From an uncultured Rikenellaceae bacterium (GTDB taxonomy: Bacteria > Bacteroidota > Bacteroidia > Bacteroidales > VadinHA17), in contig CAZXSW010000006.1 of assembly GCA_964642615.1 (NCBI GenBank), forward strand, positions 8,885 through 72,884: a DNA stretch of 64,000 nt, given 5' to 3'. Both the position numbers and the translations under genes were made by a program. Positions 47,382 through 57,447 of the stretch are shown here, one piece after another (the first letter of the stretch is position 1; every line of letters starts with the position of its first letter). A model generated the notes under the pieces. That model was not told the origin of the DNA. It did no database searches and saw only the letters and a program-made list of their open reading frames with translations.

Positions 47382-50300
47382 ATGAAGAAACTATTTCTGC
47401 TGATTGTTTTGTTTGTGTTTATGGGTTCTTCGGCCCTGCTGGCACAGACAAGAGTAATTACAGGTACTGTTACCTCTGCAACAGAGGGGGAGGGTGTTAT
47501 ACCCGGGGTATCTGTATTCGTAAAAGGTACCACCATAGGTGCCATAACAGATGTTAACGGACGATATTCAGTCAATGCCCCTGAGTCAGCTTCCACCCTT
47601 GTGTTCTCATTCGTGGGAATGACAACCCAGGAGGTTGATATTGCAGGCAGGGCTGTTATTGATGTTGCATTGACATCAGAACTTATCGGACTGAATGAAG
47701 TTGTTGTAACGGCTCTCGGTATTAAAAGGGAGAAACGTGAGATAACTTATCAGACTCAGAAAGTTGATGTTGAAGAGCTGGCAGTTGCCCAGCCTACAAG
47801 GGCTACTTCGGCTCTCGCAGGTAAAGTGGCCGGTCTTCAGGTCAACGTACAGGATAACAGTGTCAACCCTACCACGCAGATCGTGCTCAGAGGGTTCCGT
47901 TCAATATCTGCCGGAAACCAGGCCCTTATAGTTATTGATGGTGCCGTTTCAACCATTGGAGCTTTTGATGACCTTAACCCCAACGACATCGCCGACATCA
48001 GCGTGCTCAAGGGAGCAACTGCTGCTGCCCTTTACGGCTCGCAGGCCGGTAACGGTGCCATCATAGTTTCAACTAAAAAAGGACAGGCCGGACAGAAGTT
48101 CACAGTTGGTTTGAATTCATCCTATACCTCTGACCAGGTGGCCTACATGCCGAGATTCCAGAGTGAATACGGTACAGGATGGGAAGGAGCTTATGATGCA
48201 ATTGAGAATACCAACTGGGGCCCCAGGTTTGACGGTACTCTTCGACAGATCGGTCCCACTTTCCCCGATGGTTCCTACCAGACAGTTCCTTATGCCCCGG
48301 TAGCGGATAACCTTCTTGAGTTTTTTGACAAGGGACATAACCTTAACAATACGGTATACCTCAGCGGAAGTAATGAAACCAGTAAGTTTTATCTCTCCGC
48401 CGGAAATCAGGCAGCAACGGGTATAGTGCCTAAAGATAAATATGGACGAAATACCTTCAGGGCCAATGCCAGTAAGACACTTGGTGATGTTGAAGTATCA
48501 GTAAACGCCAGCTATTTCAATGATAAAACAGAAGAAGCAGGTGACTATATGGGTGATCAGGACAGACCGCTTTACTGGTTCCTTCTCAATACTTCGGCAA
48601 ATATCCCTCTGAGCAGATATCAGAACTGGAGGACAGATAAATATTCGACTCCGAGCGGATACTACAACGGATACTATGAGAACCCTTATATGAACATCGA
48701 TACCAACAGGGATACTGACTTTTCAAACAGGATCAATGCCAACGTTCAGGTAACATGGGACATAACTGATTTCCTTAACCTGACTGCCAGAACAGCTGTC
48801 AACAACAGCTGGGGTCACGGCAAATACTGGAGAAAGGCAATAACCTTTGATACCGATATCAAACCTACAGGAAGCGATATTTCTTCATATGTTACTGACA
48901 TGGAGTTCCAGAATTCTGAATATGTATCTGACCTCCTTCTTACAGGAAATTTTAACTTCCTTAATAATTTCTCTCTTAAAGCCATCCTTGGTGGTACAAA
49001 CCGTACCTCTAAGTACAGGGATACCTACATTACTGCTCTTAACCTGAGCATTCCTGATTTCTATGATATCTCAAACGGAACAGGTGCTTTGCAGGGCCGT
49101 TATGATTATTACGATGGAGCTAAAGCTGTTTATGCGGATGTTGCTGATGCGCAGGACTATATCAACTATGGCTTCTTTGGTGACTTCACCCTTGGCTTTA
49201 ACAACTATCTCTTCCTTAACTTCTCGGGAAGGAATGACTGGACTTCAACTCTGGGGAAAGGCAATAACAACTATTTCTATCCGGCGTTCGGACTTTCTTT
49301 TGTTCTGACCGATGCAATCGAAGGACTCAAAAATAATAACATTCTTTCATATGCTAAGGTTACTGCAAGTAACTCGACGGTTTATAATGACCTTGCTCCC
49401 TACCAGATAAATGAAAGATTCAGCAAGCATGGTTCTTTCCCATTCGGAACTATCGGAGGATTTGAACTGGGCGGGACTACCGTTGATGCAAACATCAAAA
49501 AGGAAAGGCTCAATACCACGGAGGTTGGTCTTAACCTGGGTTTCCTTAAGTCAAGGATTTTACTGGATGCTTCTTATTATGTAACAAAGACCACTGACCT
49601 TATTACGAATACAACACCTTCAATAACTTCAGGTGCAACCAATTTCCTTACAAACATAGGAGAACTGAAAGGCACAGGTTTTGAACTCACCATTGGTGGA
49701 ACAATTCTCAACTACAGAAAACTCTCATGGGATATGAGTCTTAACTATACCACCAACACTACCGAAGTTATTTCAATCAAGGAAGGTCTTGATGAGATTT
49801 CACTTCGTTCTACAGGTCAGTATGGAATCTATGCTGTTGTAGGCGAGGCTTTCCCGCAGATCAAAGCCAATACATATGTAAGGGATCCGCAGGGTAGGAT
49901 TGTTATTGATCCCAAAACCGGATGGCCGAAAACCAATGCAGAACTTTCAAATATGGGAAGAACTCTTCCTCCTCATATCTTTGGTCTGAATACGGCACTT
50001 AGATTAGCCGGGTTCACACTTTCAACAACTCTTGACTACAGGACAGGCCATGTATTCTATGAGCAGGGTTCCGATGCTATGGAATTCACAGGAAGATCCA
50101 TGGAGTCTGTTTCTGCCAACAGGCAGGATTTTGTAATTCCGAATTCTGTTGTTGAAGTAAGCGATGGAGTATTTGTTGAAAACACAAACATCCCAATTGC
50201 AAACGGTCGTCAGAGCTACTGGACAGACGTTTACAACGATGTTAAGGAGAATTATGTTAAGGACGCCACTGCATTCAAAATAAGGGAACTTGCTCTTTCT

Positions 50301-50513
50301 TATACTCTTCCGTCGGGACTTCTTAACAGGACTCCCCTTCAGAAAGTATCGGTTGGTTTTATTGCAAGAAACCTCTTTACCCTTCTCCCGGCTGAGAATG
50401 CTTTCTCTGATCCTGAATTCAACAACACAAACAACAACTCTGTTGGTATCGGCGGATACTTCCAGTCACCACCGACAAGATCGTTTGGTGTTAACCTGAA
50501 TATTGAATTTTAA
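47382..50513 (+). CDS. SusC/RagA-family TonB-dependent outer-membrane transporter
   Basis: 1043 aa with a signal peptide and an N-terminal carboxypeptidase-regulatory-like domain (RVITGTVTSATEGEGVIPGVSVFVKGTTIGAITDVNGRYS). The plug motif NEVVVTALGIKREKREITY is present and the protein ends in a C-terminal F. There is no STN (anti-sigma signalling) extension. Confidence 0.92.
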   Translation: MKKLFLLIVLFVFMGSSALLAQTRVITGTVTSATEGEGVIPGVSVFVKGTTIGAITDVNGRYSVNAPESASTLVFSFVGMTTQEVDIAGRAVIDVALTSELIGLNEVVVTALGIKREKREITYQTQKVDVEELAVAQPTRATSALAGKVAGLQVNVQDNSVNPTTQIVLRGFRSISAGNQALIVIDGAVSTIGAFDDLNPNDIADISVLKGATAAALYGSQAGNGAIIVSTKKGQAGQKFTVGLNSSYTSDQVAYMPRFQSEYGTGWEGAYDAIENTNWGPRFDGTLRQIGPTFPDGSYQTVPYAPVADNLLEFFDKGHNLNNTVYLSGSNETSKFYLSAGNQAATGIVPKDKYGRNTFRANASKTLGDVEVSVNASYFNDKTEEAGDYMGDQDRPLYWFLLNTSANIPLSRYQNWRTDKYSTPSGYYNGYYENPYMNIDTNRDTDFSNRINANVQVTWDITDFLNLTARTAVNNSWGHGKYWRKAITFDTDIKPTGSDISSYVTDMEFQNSEYVSDLLLTGNFNFLNNFSLKAILGGTNRTSKYRDTYITALNLSIPDFYDISNGTGALQGRYDYYDGAKAVYADVADAQDYINYGFFGDFTLGFNNYLFLNFSGRNDWTSTLGKGNNNYFYPAFGLSFVLTDAIEGLKNNNILSYAKVTASNSTVYNDLAPYQINERFSKHGSFPFGTIGGFELGGTTVDANIKKERLNTTEVGLNLGFLKSRILLDASYYVTKTTDLITNTTPSITSGATNFLTNIGELKGTGFELTIGGTILNYRKLSWDMSLNYTTNTTEVISIKEGLDEISLRSTGQYGIYAVVGEAFPQIKANTYVRDPQGRIVIDPKTGWPKTNAELSNMGRTLPPHIFGLNTALRLAGFTLSTTLDYRTGHVFYEQGSDAMEFTGRSMESVSANRQDFVIPNSVVEVSDGVFVENTNIPIANGRQSYWTDVYNDVKENYVKDATAFKIRELALSYTLPSGLLNRTPLQKVSVGFIARNLFTLLPAENAFSDPEFNNTNNNSVGIGGYFQSPPTRSFGVNLNIEF

Positions 50514-50526
50514 TAACGATTTGAAT

Positions 50527-52029
50527 ATGAAAAATATAATAAAATTCGCAATATTGTTGATAGTCTTTGCCGGACTCTCAACATCATGTGGTGAAGATTA
50601 TCTGGATGTCAATAATGACCCGAATAATCCTACATCGGTTTCTCCTGATCTTGTGCTTCCGGTCGCCCAGCTGTTTACAGCAAATATTATCCAGAGCGAC
50701 AGGCTCCTTAACAGCCTTGGAAACATGATGATGTACAACTGGAGCCAGAGTGACGGATATTCCTGGTATACTGATGAGATGAAGTATAATGTTACATCTT
50801 CATTTTATGATGATGTGTTTAACGATACTTATTCAACTGCCTTTAAGCAATATTTAGTCCTTGATAAACTAGGAGAGGGTTATGAGCACTATATGGCCAT
50901 CAGTAAAATAATGAAGGCTTACCATTTTCAGTTGCTTGTTGACTGTTACGGTGATGTCCCTTATACTGAAGCACTGGGTCGTAGCCTTCTTGCCACTCCG
51001 AAATACGACGATGCTAAAACTATCTATGAGGATCTGATAGTTCAGCTTACTGACGCCATAGCCATGATAAAGAATAATGATGCTGATGCTCAGATGCAGA
51101 ATCCCGGAATGGATGATGCCATTTTCAATGGTGACATGGATGAATGGATTAAGTTTGCCAATACCATTAAGGTAAGGATACTCACGCGTCAGTCTGATAT
51201 GACGGGCAGGGAAGCCTATATTAAGGATGAACTTGCCAATATTAAGGCTGAAGGATCAGGTTTTATTACTGCAGACGTTGGAGTTAATCCAGGCTTCGTG
51301 GTGAAGGAAAGCGGTAAGCAGAATATCATATGGGATGGACTCGGATGGGATTATACAGGCGCTGCAACCATGAACTGGAGAGCAACCTGTGCTACCGACT
51401 ATGTAATAACCTTCCTTCAGAATACCAAGGATCCCAGGATTGATTATATCTACGAAAAACCAGCTACAGGCCATCTTGGTGTTCCTCAGGGTCTGCTCGA
51501 TTATGATACTCCTGTAATTGATGCCTATATGCATGAATTTGTCTCAAATATAGGCCCTGGGATTCTTAAGAGTGGTGATCAGGACGCAGTGATATTTACC
51601 CTTGCAGAAAATTTTCTTAACCTGGCCGAACTTAGAGAGAAAGATCTGCTTTCAAGTGGTGATGATGCCAAGACACTTTTTGAAAAAGGCGTTACAGCTT
51701 CCTTCCTTTATCTTGGTCTTGAAGAAGCTGATGCGATGAAATACTACAAACAGGGGATGGCCCTTGCAAACTATGAATTCTCAGCCAACAAGATCGAGGC
51801 TATTATTACCCAGAAATGGGTTGCCGTTAATGGCATCACTGCAGAACAATCATGGTTTGACTATACCAGAACAGGATATCCTGAAGGTATTCCTATCCCG
51901 TTGAACTATTCGAAAACACCTGACAGGCCTGTTCGGTTGTTTTATCCTGCTGGTGAGTACTCTTCAAACGGCAAGAATGTGCCAACTCAGCCTGATGCAT
52001 TTACTGCTAAAATTTTCTGGGCTAATTAA
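50527..52029 (+). CDS. SusD/RagB-family outer-membrane lipoprotein (SusD-like_2 type)
   Basis: The track ORF starts at 50503. I prefer the ATG at 50527 (MKNIIKFAILLIVFAGLSTSC, lipobox). The mature N-terminus GEDYLDVNNDPNNPT is typical of this family, and the gene lies immediately downstream of the SusC-like gene. Confidence 0.88.
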   Translation: MKNIIKFAILLIVFAGLSTSCGEDYLDVNNDPNNPTSVSPDLVLPVAQLFTANIIQSDRLLNSLGNMMMYNWSQSDGYSWYTDEMKYNVTSSFYDDVFNDTYSTAFKQYLVLDKLGEGYEHYMAISKIMKAYHFQLLVDCYGDVPYTEALGRSLLATPKYDDAKTIYEDLIVQLTDAIAMIKNNDADAQMQNPGMDDAIFNGDMDEWIKFANTIKVRILTRQSDMTGREAYIKDELANIKAEGSGFITADVGVNPGFVVKESGKQNIIWDGLGWDYTGAATMNWRATCATDYVITFLQNTKDPRIDYIYEKPATGHLGVPQGLLDYDTPVIDAYMHEFVSNIGPGILKSGDQDAVIFTLAENFLNLAELREKDLLSSGDDAKTLFEKGVTASFLYLGLEEADAMKYYKQGMALANYEFSANKIEAIITQKWVAVNGITAEQSWFDYTRTGYPEGIPIPLNYSKTPDRPVRLFYPAGEYSSNGKNVPTQPDAFTAKIFWAN

Positions 52030-52049
52030 TCTTTAAAGGAAAGACAATT

Positions 52050-52913
52050 ATGAAAACAATTAAATTAATTATAATCCTGGTACTGGGTCTGGCCACTACT
52101 TTCAATTCCTGCCTTGTGGACGATACCACCAAATATGATCTGAACGATGATGGATATAACCTGGCAGGATTTGAACAGACCAATACCATGGTATCAAATA
52201 TCGCTGACGGTACAGAGTATGAGCTGCCAATGAAAGTAAAGGTAATTGGTCCTACACGTATGAATCTTACTAACGACATCACCCTTACAATTGATGTTGA
52301 TCAAGCTGCAATGCAGGCAGCAGCAACGGATAATCCCAAGTATACTCCTGCCATTGAGGGAGTTCATTATAGAATAGATGATCCGACTATCGTTCTCAAA
52401 GCTGCTGACAACTACCTTGGTTTGATAAATGTAACTATGATTACAGAGGGATTGGTTACTCCATTACCCAAGACACCCATCCTGATTCTTAAAACTGTTT
52501 CGGCTACGGGCGATCCCAACGTAACCAATAATGGCAAGAACCTTGAGATAATAATGAACTTTGCATGTTATTCAGAGTTCCAGGGGACTTACCGCGTTAC
52601 CCATACAAGCAGCACCGGAGCAACTTTCTCCAGAATTGAAGAGATTGTAAAGGTTGGTATTGAGCAGTATCTTACGGCAAGTGTTGGAACATGGGGATCT
52701 TCTCCGTTTACAGACTATGGGTTTATTTTCAATAACTCATGTAATGAACTGTCTGTTCCTGATCAGTATCTGGCTGATTATTATTCAAATAATGTATGGA
52801 GCCATAAGCCGGGTGAATTCAATCCTCTGACGGGAGTAATTACAATTTACTACTCAATAGAGTTTGCTGCGGGCGACAGAACGTATACGGCTGTATATGA
52901 GCCCATTGAATAA
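52050..52913 (+). CDS. Hypothetical surface lipoprotein (SusE/F-position accessory protein)
   Basis: 287 aa with the lipobox LATTFNSC. It is beta-rich, with no catalytic motif recognised, and sits third in the PUL-like operon. Confidence 0.6.
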   Translation: MKTIKLIIILVLGLATTFNSCLVDDTTKYDLNDDGYNLAGFEQTNTMVSNIADGTEYELPMKVKVIGPTRMNLTNDITLTIDVDQAAMQAAATDNPKYTPAIEGVHYRIDDPTIVLKAADNYLGLINVTMITEGLVTPLPKTPILILKTVSATGDPNVTNNGKNLEIIMNFACYSEFQGTYRVTHTSSTGATFSRIEEIVKVGIEQYLTASVGTWGSSPFTDYGFIFNNSCNELSVPDQYLADYYSNNVWSHKPGEFNPLTGVITIYYSIEFAAGDRTYTAVYEPIE

Positions 52914-52946
52914 CCAGTGAATGTAATCATTAAAAAAAAAAGCATA

Positions 52947-54017
52947 ATGAGAAAAATTATTAAATATAAAGTACTGGGAATATTGGTTCTGCTGGCAGCA
53001 ATAACCTCATGCGAGACTGCAAAGCAGGATGTTGAGCCAATAGTGAGCACAGACGGCTATCCGGTTGTGACTTTTACACCCAAACAGACTTACACCACAG
53101 TTAAAGAAGGTGATACCCTGGTTTATAATATTTCTATCGACAAACTGATCGACAGATCACTTACTTTCAGCGCCCGTATCATCGGAGGTAACGGTGATGA
53201 AAATGATATCATCATTACACCCGGAGTTATCGCTCCCTATTCCAAACAGACAGCAGTAAAGGTTGTAATTCCGCAGGACTGGGATATCGAAGGAGATGAG
53301 ACAATGAAACTTGAGTTCGGTATGTTCAGTATTGCAGACCGGTATATACTTGATCCTGCTACAGTTAATCCTGTTCTGAACCTCACAGTCAAGAATTATA
53401 TTGCTAATATCCTCACAATAAGCATGAAGTGGGATGTTGATGTTGAAGTTCAGGAGGAGATTGAGAAAACCATTGACATTGGTTATGACCTTAACTATCT
53501 TGATACGGTAGATGTAGTTGTCAACGGAGCTGATGAGATCGACTATGATGTTTATGTCTCATCTACTGATGGATTCGATATAACAGACCCATGGTCAAGT
53601 GACATCTGGTTTGCAGCTGAAACAGGTGACCATCCTGAAGTGATGGAAGTTTCAGAACTGGAGGATGGAGAATACGTGGTTTGGGGATTCCTTTATACCA
53701 ATGGGATTGCTTCATATGTTTCTCTTTCAGATTCAACAGCTCTTATACCAATAACCTCTGTTTTTGAAGTCCAGGGTGCTGAATATGCTGAGGTTGTACA
53801 GGATGAAAGCCAGGCAATATTCGGTTACACAACCGGATATTCTCCCGCAGCTACCAGACAGATGGTTTATGGTATCGCTGCCTACATTACCGTAGCTGAT
53901 GGCCTTTATACCATTTCAGATTACCAGGGCAATGCTACAGACCCATGGCTTGTTGATAGTGCGGAGGATGTAAAGGGATCTATTCCCAGATTGCTCAAAG
54001 CACCTAAAGTGAAATAG
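52947..54017 (+). CDS. Hypothetical surface lipoprotein with a Calx-beta-like N-terminal domain
   Basis: The track ORF starts at GTG 52917. I prefer the ATG at 52947 (MRKIIKYKVLGILVLLAAITSC, lipobox). TVKEGDTLVYNISIDKLIDRSLTFSARIIGGNGDENDIIITPG...VVIPQDWDIEGDETMKLEF resembles the Calx-beta pattern. The C-terminal half is very acidic. Confidence 0.55.
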   Translation: MRKIIKYKVLGILVLLAAITSCETAKQDVEPIVSTDGYPVVTFTPKQTYTTVKEGDTLVYNISIDKLIDRSLTFSARIIGGNGDENDIIITPGVIAPYSKQTAVKVVIPQDWDIEGDETMKLEFGMFSIADRYILDPATVNPVLNLTVKNYIANILTISMKWDVDVEVQEEIEKTIDIGYDLNYLDTVDVVVNGADEIDYDVYVSSTDGFDITDPWSSDIWFAAETGDHPEVMEVSELEDGEYVVWGFLYTNGIASYVSLSDSTALIPITSVFEVQGAEYAEVVQDESQAIFGYTTGYSPAATRQMVYGIAAYITVADGLYTISDYQGNATDPWLVDSAEDVKGSIPRLLKAPKVK

Positions 54018-54030
54018 ATATTTCAATAGA

Positions 54031-54066
54031 AAAAAGAGGCTGTCCGAAAGGACAGCCTCTTTTTTC
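54031..54066. terminator. Bidirectional rho-independent terminator
   Basis: Perfect 11 bp stem AGAGGCTGTCC / GGACAGCCTCT with a GAAA loop, preceded by AAAAA and followed by TTTTTT. It lies between the convergent stops at 54017 (+) and 54125 (-). Confidence 0.85.
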
Positions 54067-54124
54067 TTATTGACAATATGGAAATCAATGTTCTTATCCG
54101 TGAATCGCTTACGGATAACAGTAT

Positions 54125-55387
54125 TCAGCCTTCTATTTTTAGCTTTACCAGCTCCAGCCTGGTTGCAGTAACACGCAGAATCCTGAAATGGAACTTCTTT
54201 ATTTTTATTATATCGTTAACTGAGGGTATATTCCCGTTGTGCAGGAATATCAGTCCAGCAAGTGTTTCATATTCATCTCCCTCAGGAAGCCCGAGACCAT
54301 AAGTCTCATTAAGGTAGTCTATCTCAAGCCGGGCTGAAAACACATACTCCCTGTCATTTATCTTTTTTTCTATTAGCTCGTTGGTGTCGTGTTCATCTTC
54401 AATGTCGCCCACTATTTCTTCAAGTACATCTTCGATGGTGACAATACCCGAAGTACCTCCGAACTCATCAACGACAAGAGCTATATTCTTTTTCTCCTCT
54501 ACAAAAAGCCTTAATAGTTTGTTAGCCGGCATGGTCTCGGGGACAATGGCAAGCTTTCTCATCCCCGAACCTATGTCGGGAGGATTCCTGAAGATATCCT
54601 TAAGTTCAAGATAACCTGTTATGTTGTCAATGGTCCCTGAATATATAAGTATCCTCGAATAACCCGTCTCAACGAATTTCTCTTTTAGTCCTGAGACCGT
54701 CCCCGTAACGTCATAGGCTACTATCTCAGTCCTGGGTATCATACACTCCCTTAGCTTTACGTTTGAAAAGTCAAGGGCATTCCTGAAGATCCTGAAATTA
54801 TGGTGATCAGGTTCAGATTCCTCTCTGATCTGCCTGCTCATTTTTATAAAGTGATCCAGATCTTTCTTGCTGAAAACGAGGTTCTCCTGGTCGACAGACT
54901 GTGCTCCGTTCCTGAAGAAAAGTTTTATAAGAAAGTTGGATAATGCAAATGTGAACCGGCTTACAGGATAAAAAAGAAAAAAGAAAAATATAGTCGGGAC
55001 ACTCAGGAACTTAAGGAAAAAATTGGGAGAAACGGAAAAGATAGTTTTTGGAAGGAACTCGGCAACTGTAAGGATGAGTGCTGTTGAAATGATAGTGTTA
55101 ATTACAAGCACAGCTGCATCGGAGCCGAAGTATGGAAGAAGAAGGGGGGTTAGCAGTCTGGAGAAGAACAGCCCATAAACCACCAGGGCAACATTGTTGC
55201 CAATAAGCATAGTGGCTATAAATTGTCCGGGATTATCAGCAAATCTTTTCACGATACCTGATCCATGCACTCCCTGCTTCCTGTCGAGTTCTATCCTCAG
55301 CTTGTTGGCAGTGACAAAAGCTATCTCCAATCCTGAAAAGAACGCCGACAGAATAATTGTAGTAAGTATGATCAGAATGCTGTCCAT
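54125..55387 (-). CDS. CNNM/HlyC-CorC-family membrane protein (DUF21 + CBS pair + CorC_HlyC; GldE-like)
   Basis: 420 aa with an N-terminal 4-TM DUF21-like region. The CBS region includes [12 protein letters not shown] and the C-terminus has a transporter-associated domain. The family includes Bacteroidota GldE, but orthology was not established. Confidence 0.85.
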   Translation of the reverse strand: MDSILIILTTIILSAFFSGLEIAFVTANKLRIELDRKQGVHGSGIVKRFADNPGQFIATMLIGNNVALVVYGLFFSRLLTPLLLPYFGSDAAVLVINTIISTALILTVAEFLPKTIFSVSPNFFLKFLSVPTIFFFFLFYPVSRFTFALSNFLIKLFFRNGAQSVDQENLVFSKKDLDHFIKMSRQIREESEPDHHNFRIFRNALDFSNVKLRECMIPRTEIVAYDVTGTVSGLKEKFVETGYSRILIYSGTIDNITGYLELKDIFRNPPDIGSGMRKLAIVPETMPANKLLRLFVEEKKNIALVVDEFGGTSGIVTIEDVLEEIVGDIEDEHDTNELIEKKINDREYVFSARLEIDYLNETYGLGLPEGDEYETLAGLIFLHNGNIPSVNDIIKIKKFHFRILRVTATRLELVKLKIEG

Positions 55388-55396
55388 ACTTCAAAG

Positions 55397-55591
55397 TTAC
55401 AGATTTCTTCTCTGCCTGTGCCTTAAAAATGCAAACACAAAGGCTACCACAGCCATAATTATAAAGACAAAGAATGTACTGGAGAGTCCCCTTGAAGCTA
55501 CGCTGGTTATAGCAGCTACCAGGCTCAGCAACCCTGTTGCAGTCCAGATAATTTCAAGGATCAGAAGTGACTTTTTGTTCATTGGAGACAT
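55397..55591 (-). CDS. Possible small two-TM membrane protein
   Basis: 64 aa with two hydrophobic helices and a basic C-terminus (RHRQRRNL). It fills the gap between lptC and the CNNM gene on the same strand, and its 5' end overlaps the lptC 3' end by 38 nt. No homology evidence. Confidence 0.35.
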   Translation of the reverse strand: MSPMNKKSLLILEIIWTATGLLSLVAAITSVASRGLSSTFFVFIIMAVVAFVFAFLRHRQRRNL

Positions 55592-56144
55592 AGAATATTG
55601 CTGTTACATTTTTAATTTTTCGGGTTTCTTTCCTCGGGTCGTACTCAAAACCGGTTCCCATTGTTATCTGATCCTCATCAGTTATTTTGACAAACCTGTC
55701 GGTATAGAAAAGGTTTTTCTCCTGATCCCAGTATAGAAGTTCAGTCTCAACCATATCGTTTTCTGCATTTATTGCCACAACGCTGTCGCGGAGTTCCCAT
55801 AGTGCCCGTGGTTCGGTATATTTTGCGTACCTGGCGGTGATTTTTGCCGTCGGATCCTTGCTGCCTTCATAAAAAACAACAATTATTCCCGACCTGAATT
55901 CAGTATAGGGAATATCGGCATTATTATATTGTTCGAGAAGTGGTGCTCTCAGTATAAGCTGTAATTTTCCGGAATCAGTGAAGACAGTCTCGAGGTCTTT
56001 TGCAGTAGCTGAAGGCAGGCTGTGTATGTCATCACGGATAACCAATCCTGTTTTTTTCCTGCATGAGGAAAAAACAAGAAACCCGGCTAATATAAGGAAG
56101 ACAAGTTTTTTAAGGTTTTGCCGTACAACCCTTTTTGTATTCAT
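55554..56144 (-). CDS. lptC: LPS export system periplasmic component LptC
   Basis: 196 aa with the lipobox-like FLVFSSC. The size, beta-jellyroll-like sequence and conserved coaX-OMP-lptC-CNNM synteny of Bacteroidales all fit. Confidence 0.7.
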   Translation of the reverse strand: MNTKRVVRQNLKKLVFLILAGFLVFSSCRKKTGLVIRDDIHSLPSATAKDLETVFTDSGKLQLILRAPLLEQYNNADIPYTEFRSGIIVVFYEGSKDPTAKITARYAKYTEPRALWELRDSVVAINAENDMVETELLYWDQEKNLFYTDRFVKITDEDQITMGTGFEYDPRKETRKIKNVTAIFYVSNEQKVTSDP

Positions 56145-56163
56145 CGGATCAGTCTGTCGTTAA

Positions 56164-57447
56164 TCAGTCATACCTACGTTTTATGAACCAGAAATCATAG
56201 AAGTTAAGGCTTGCTCCGAAGGTGATGTAATTTTCGGTATGGAGATCCTGAAGTGCTGATCCGCTTCTTTTTGTATAATCAACAAAGAAATTTGCCTTTG
56301 AAAGCGACCTGCCCAGAGGTATACCCAGACCGGCAGTAAAGCCTGTTTCCTTTATCTGGTCGTTGTTGATAACCAGATAGTAGTCGCCCGTATGAAAACC
56401 AATCCTGTACTCTATCCTTTTCAGAAAACTGTAGTTCGAGATCCAGTCGGGAATATATTCGGCCCCCAAATGCAGGGACCTGGTATCGGCAAGATATCCT
56501 TCTGCACCATAGATATCGCCGTTGGACCATTTTGTAGAAACCAGGTCAATGCCAACGGAGTACTTGTTCTTTTTTCCGGCTGCCAGACCAAACCTGTAGG
56601 TTGGCGGAATATGGGCCCGTGTTGTGTTATCTTTGAAGTATAGAAGAGTATCTTCGTTGCTTGTAGAATACCCCAGATGAATGTTTTCATATTCTGAGCG
56701 GTAATTCCTTCCTGCTGAGACAGATGCTCCGGCATTTATATATTTACCGTTTTTAAGGTCGAGGGAGTACTGGAGACCGGCATCAAAATTCAAACCGTTT
56801 ATCTGAAGTTTCTCCGTATTGATGAAATGGAACATATAGAGAAAATCTGAGAAGATAAGTTTGTTGCTCCTTTCTATCTGTCCGAATAAAACCTTTACGT
56901 TTGCTCCTGCCGATAACGATCGGGTGATCTTTATGCCCGAGCCCAAAAAGACACTGGTCATGCTACCCGAACCTGAATGAATAGAAGCATATTCACCCAC
57001 AGACGGATCATAACCCGGATCTCCCTCATTAACTGCTTCGGAAATCCTGTAGTAACCATTGCTTACGGGGACCACACCGAGGGCAAGGCCAAAGCCCCTG
57101 GCTATGGGCATACCCATAAGCAGGTGATCGAAGTTCATATCATCCGAAGAATGTTTTGTACTACCGTCCTTAAGGTAATTCATACTGTAATCCAATCCGA
57201 AGTCGAAAATGAACGAAGTGGTATCAAAACTGGCATAAGAGGCCGGGTTGTCGAAATAAACCGAGCTGTTGTCGCTGAAGGCTGTTCCGGTGCCTCCCAT
57301 CCCCAGACTTCTGAATGATCCGGCCGGTTCAAGGGTTCCGATATTGAATCTTCCATAGGGACTGTTAACAAGTTTCTGGCCTGAGGCAGTAACTGAAACA
57401 AGGATGAGCAATAGGGAAACAGTATTCCGGAATAGCTTGTTACGCAT
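56164..57447 (-). CDS. Hypothetical outer-membrane beta-barrel protein (FadL/PorV-like N-terminal motif)
   Basis: 427 aa with a signal peptide (VSVTASGQ). NSPYGRFNIGTLEPAGSFRSLGMGGTGTAF is followed by alternating beta-strand patterning. Its ATG overlaps the coaX 3' end. Confidence 0.6.
   Translation of the reverse strand: MRNKLFRNTVSLLLILVSVTASGQKLVNSPYGRFNIGTLEPAGSFRSLGMGGTGTAFSDNSSVYFDNPASYASFDTTSFIFDFGLDYSMNYLKDGSTKHSSDDMNFDHLLMGMPIARGFGLALGVVPVSNGYYRISEAVNEGDPGYDPSVGEYASIHSGSGSMTSVFLGSGIKITRSLSAGANVKVLFGQIERSNKLIFSDFLYMFHFINTEKLQINGLNFDAGLQYSLDLKNGKYINAGASVSAGRNYRSEYENIHLGYSTSNEDTLLYFKDNTTRAHIPPTYRFGLAAGKKNKYSVGIDLVSTKWSNGDIYGAEGYLADTRSLHLGAEYIPDWISNYSFLKRIEYRIGFHTGDYYLVINNDQIKETGFTAGLGIPLGRSLSKANFFVDYTKRSGSALQDLHTENYITFGASLNFYDFWFIKRRYD

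Noticed and set aside
47357-47596. 79 aa - strand ORF overlapping the start of the SusC-like gene.
   Set aside because: It is antisense to the SusC signal peptide and carboxypeptidase-regulatory-like domain, and it would remove the promoter-leader arrangement. It is a shadow ORF.
54078-54302. 74 aa + strand ORF just after the bidirectional terminator.
   Set aside because: It overlaps the 3' end of the CNNM gene in antisense and starts downstream of a strong terminator, with no promoter motif.
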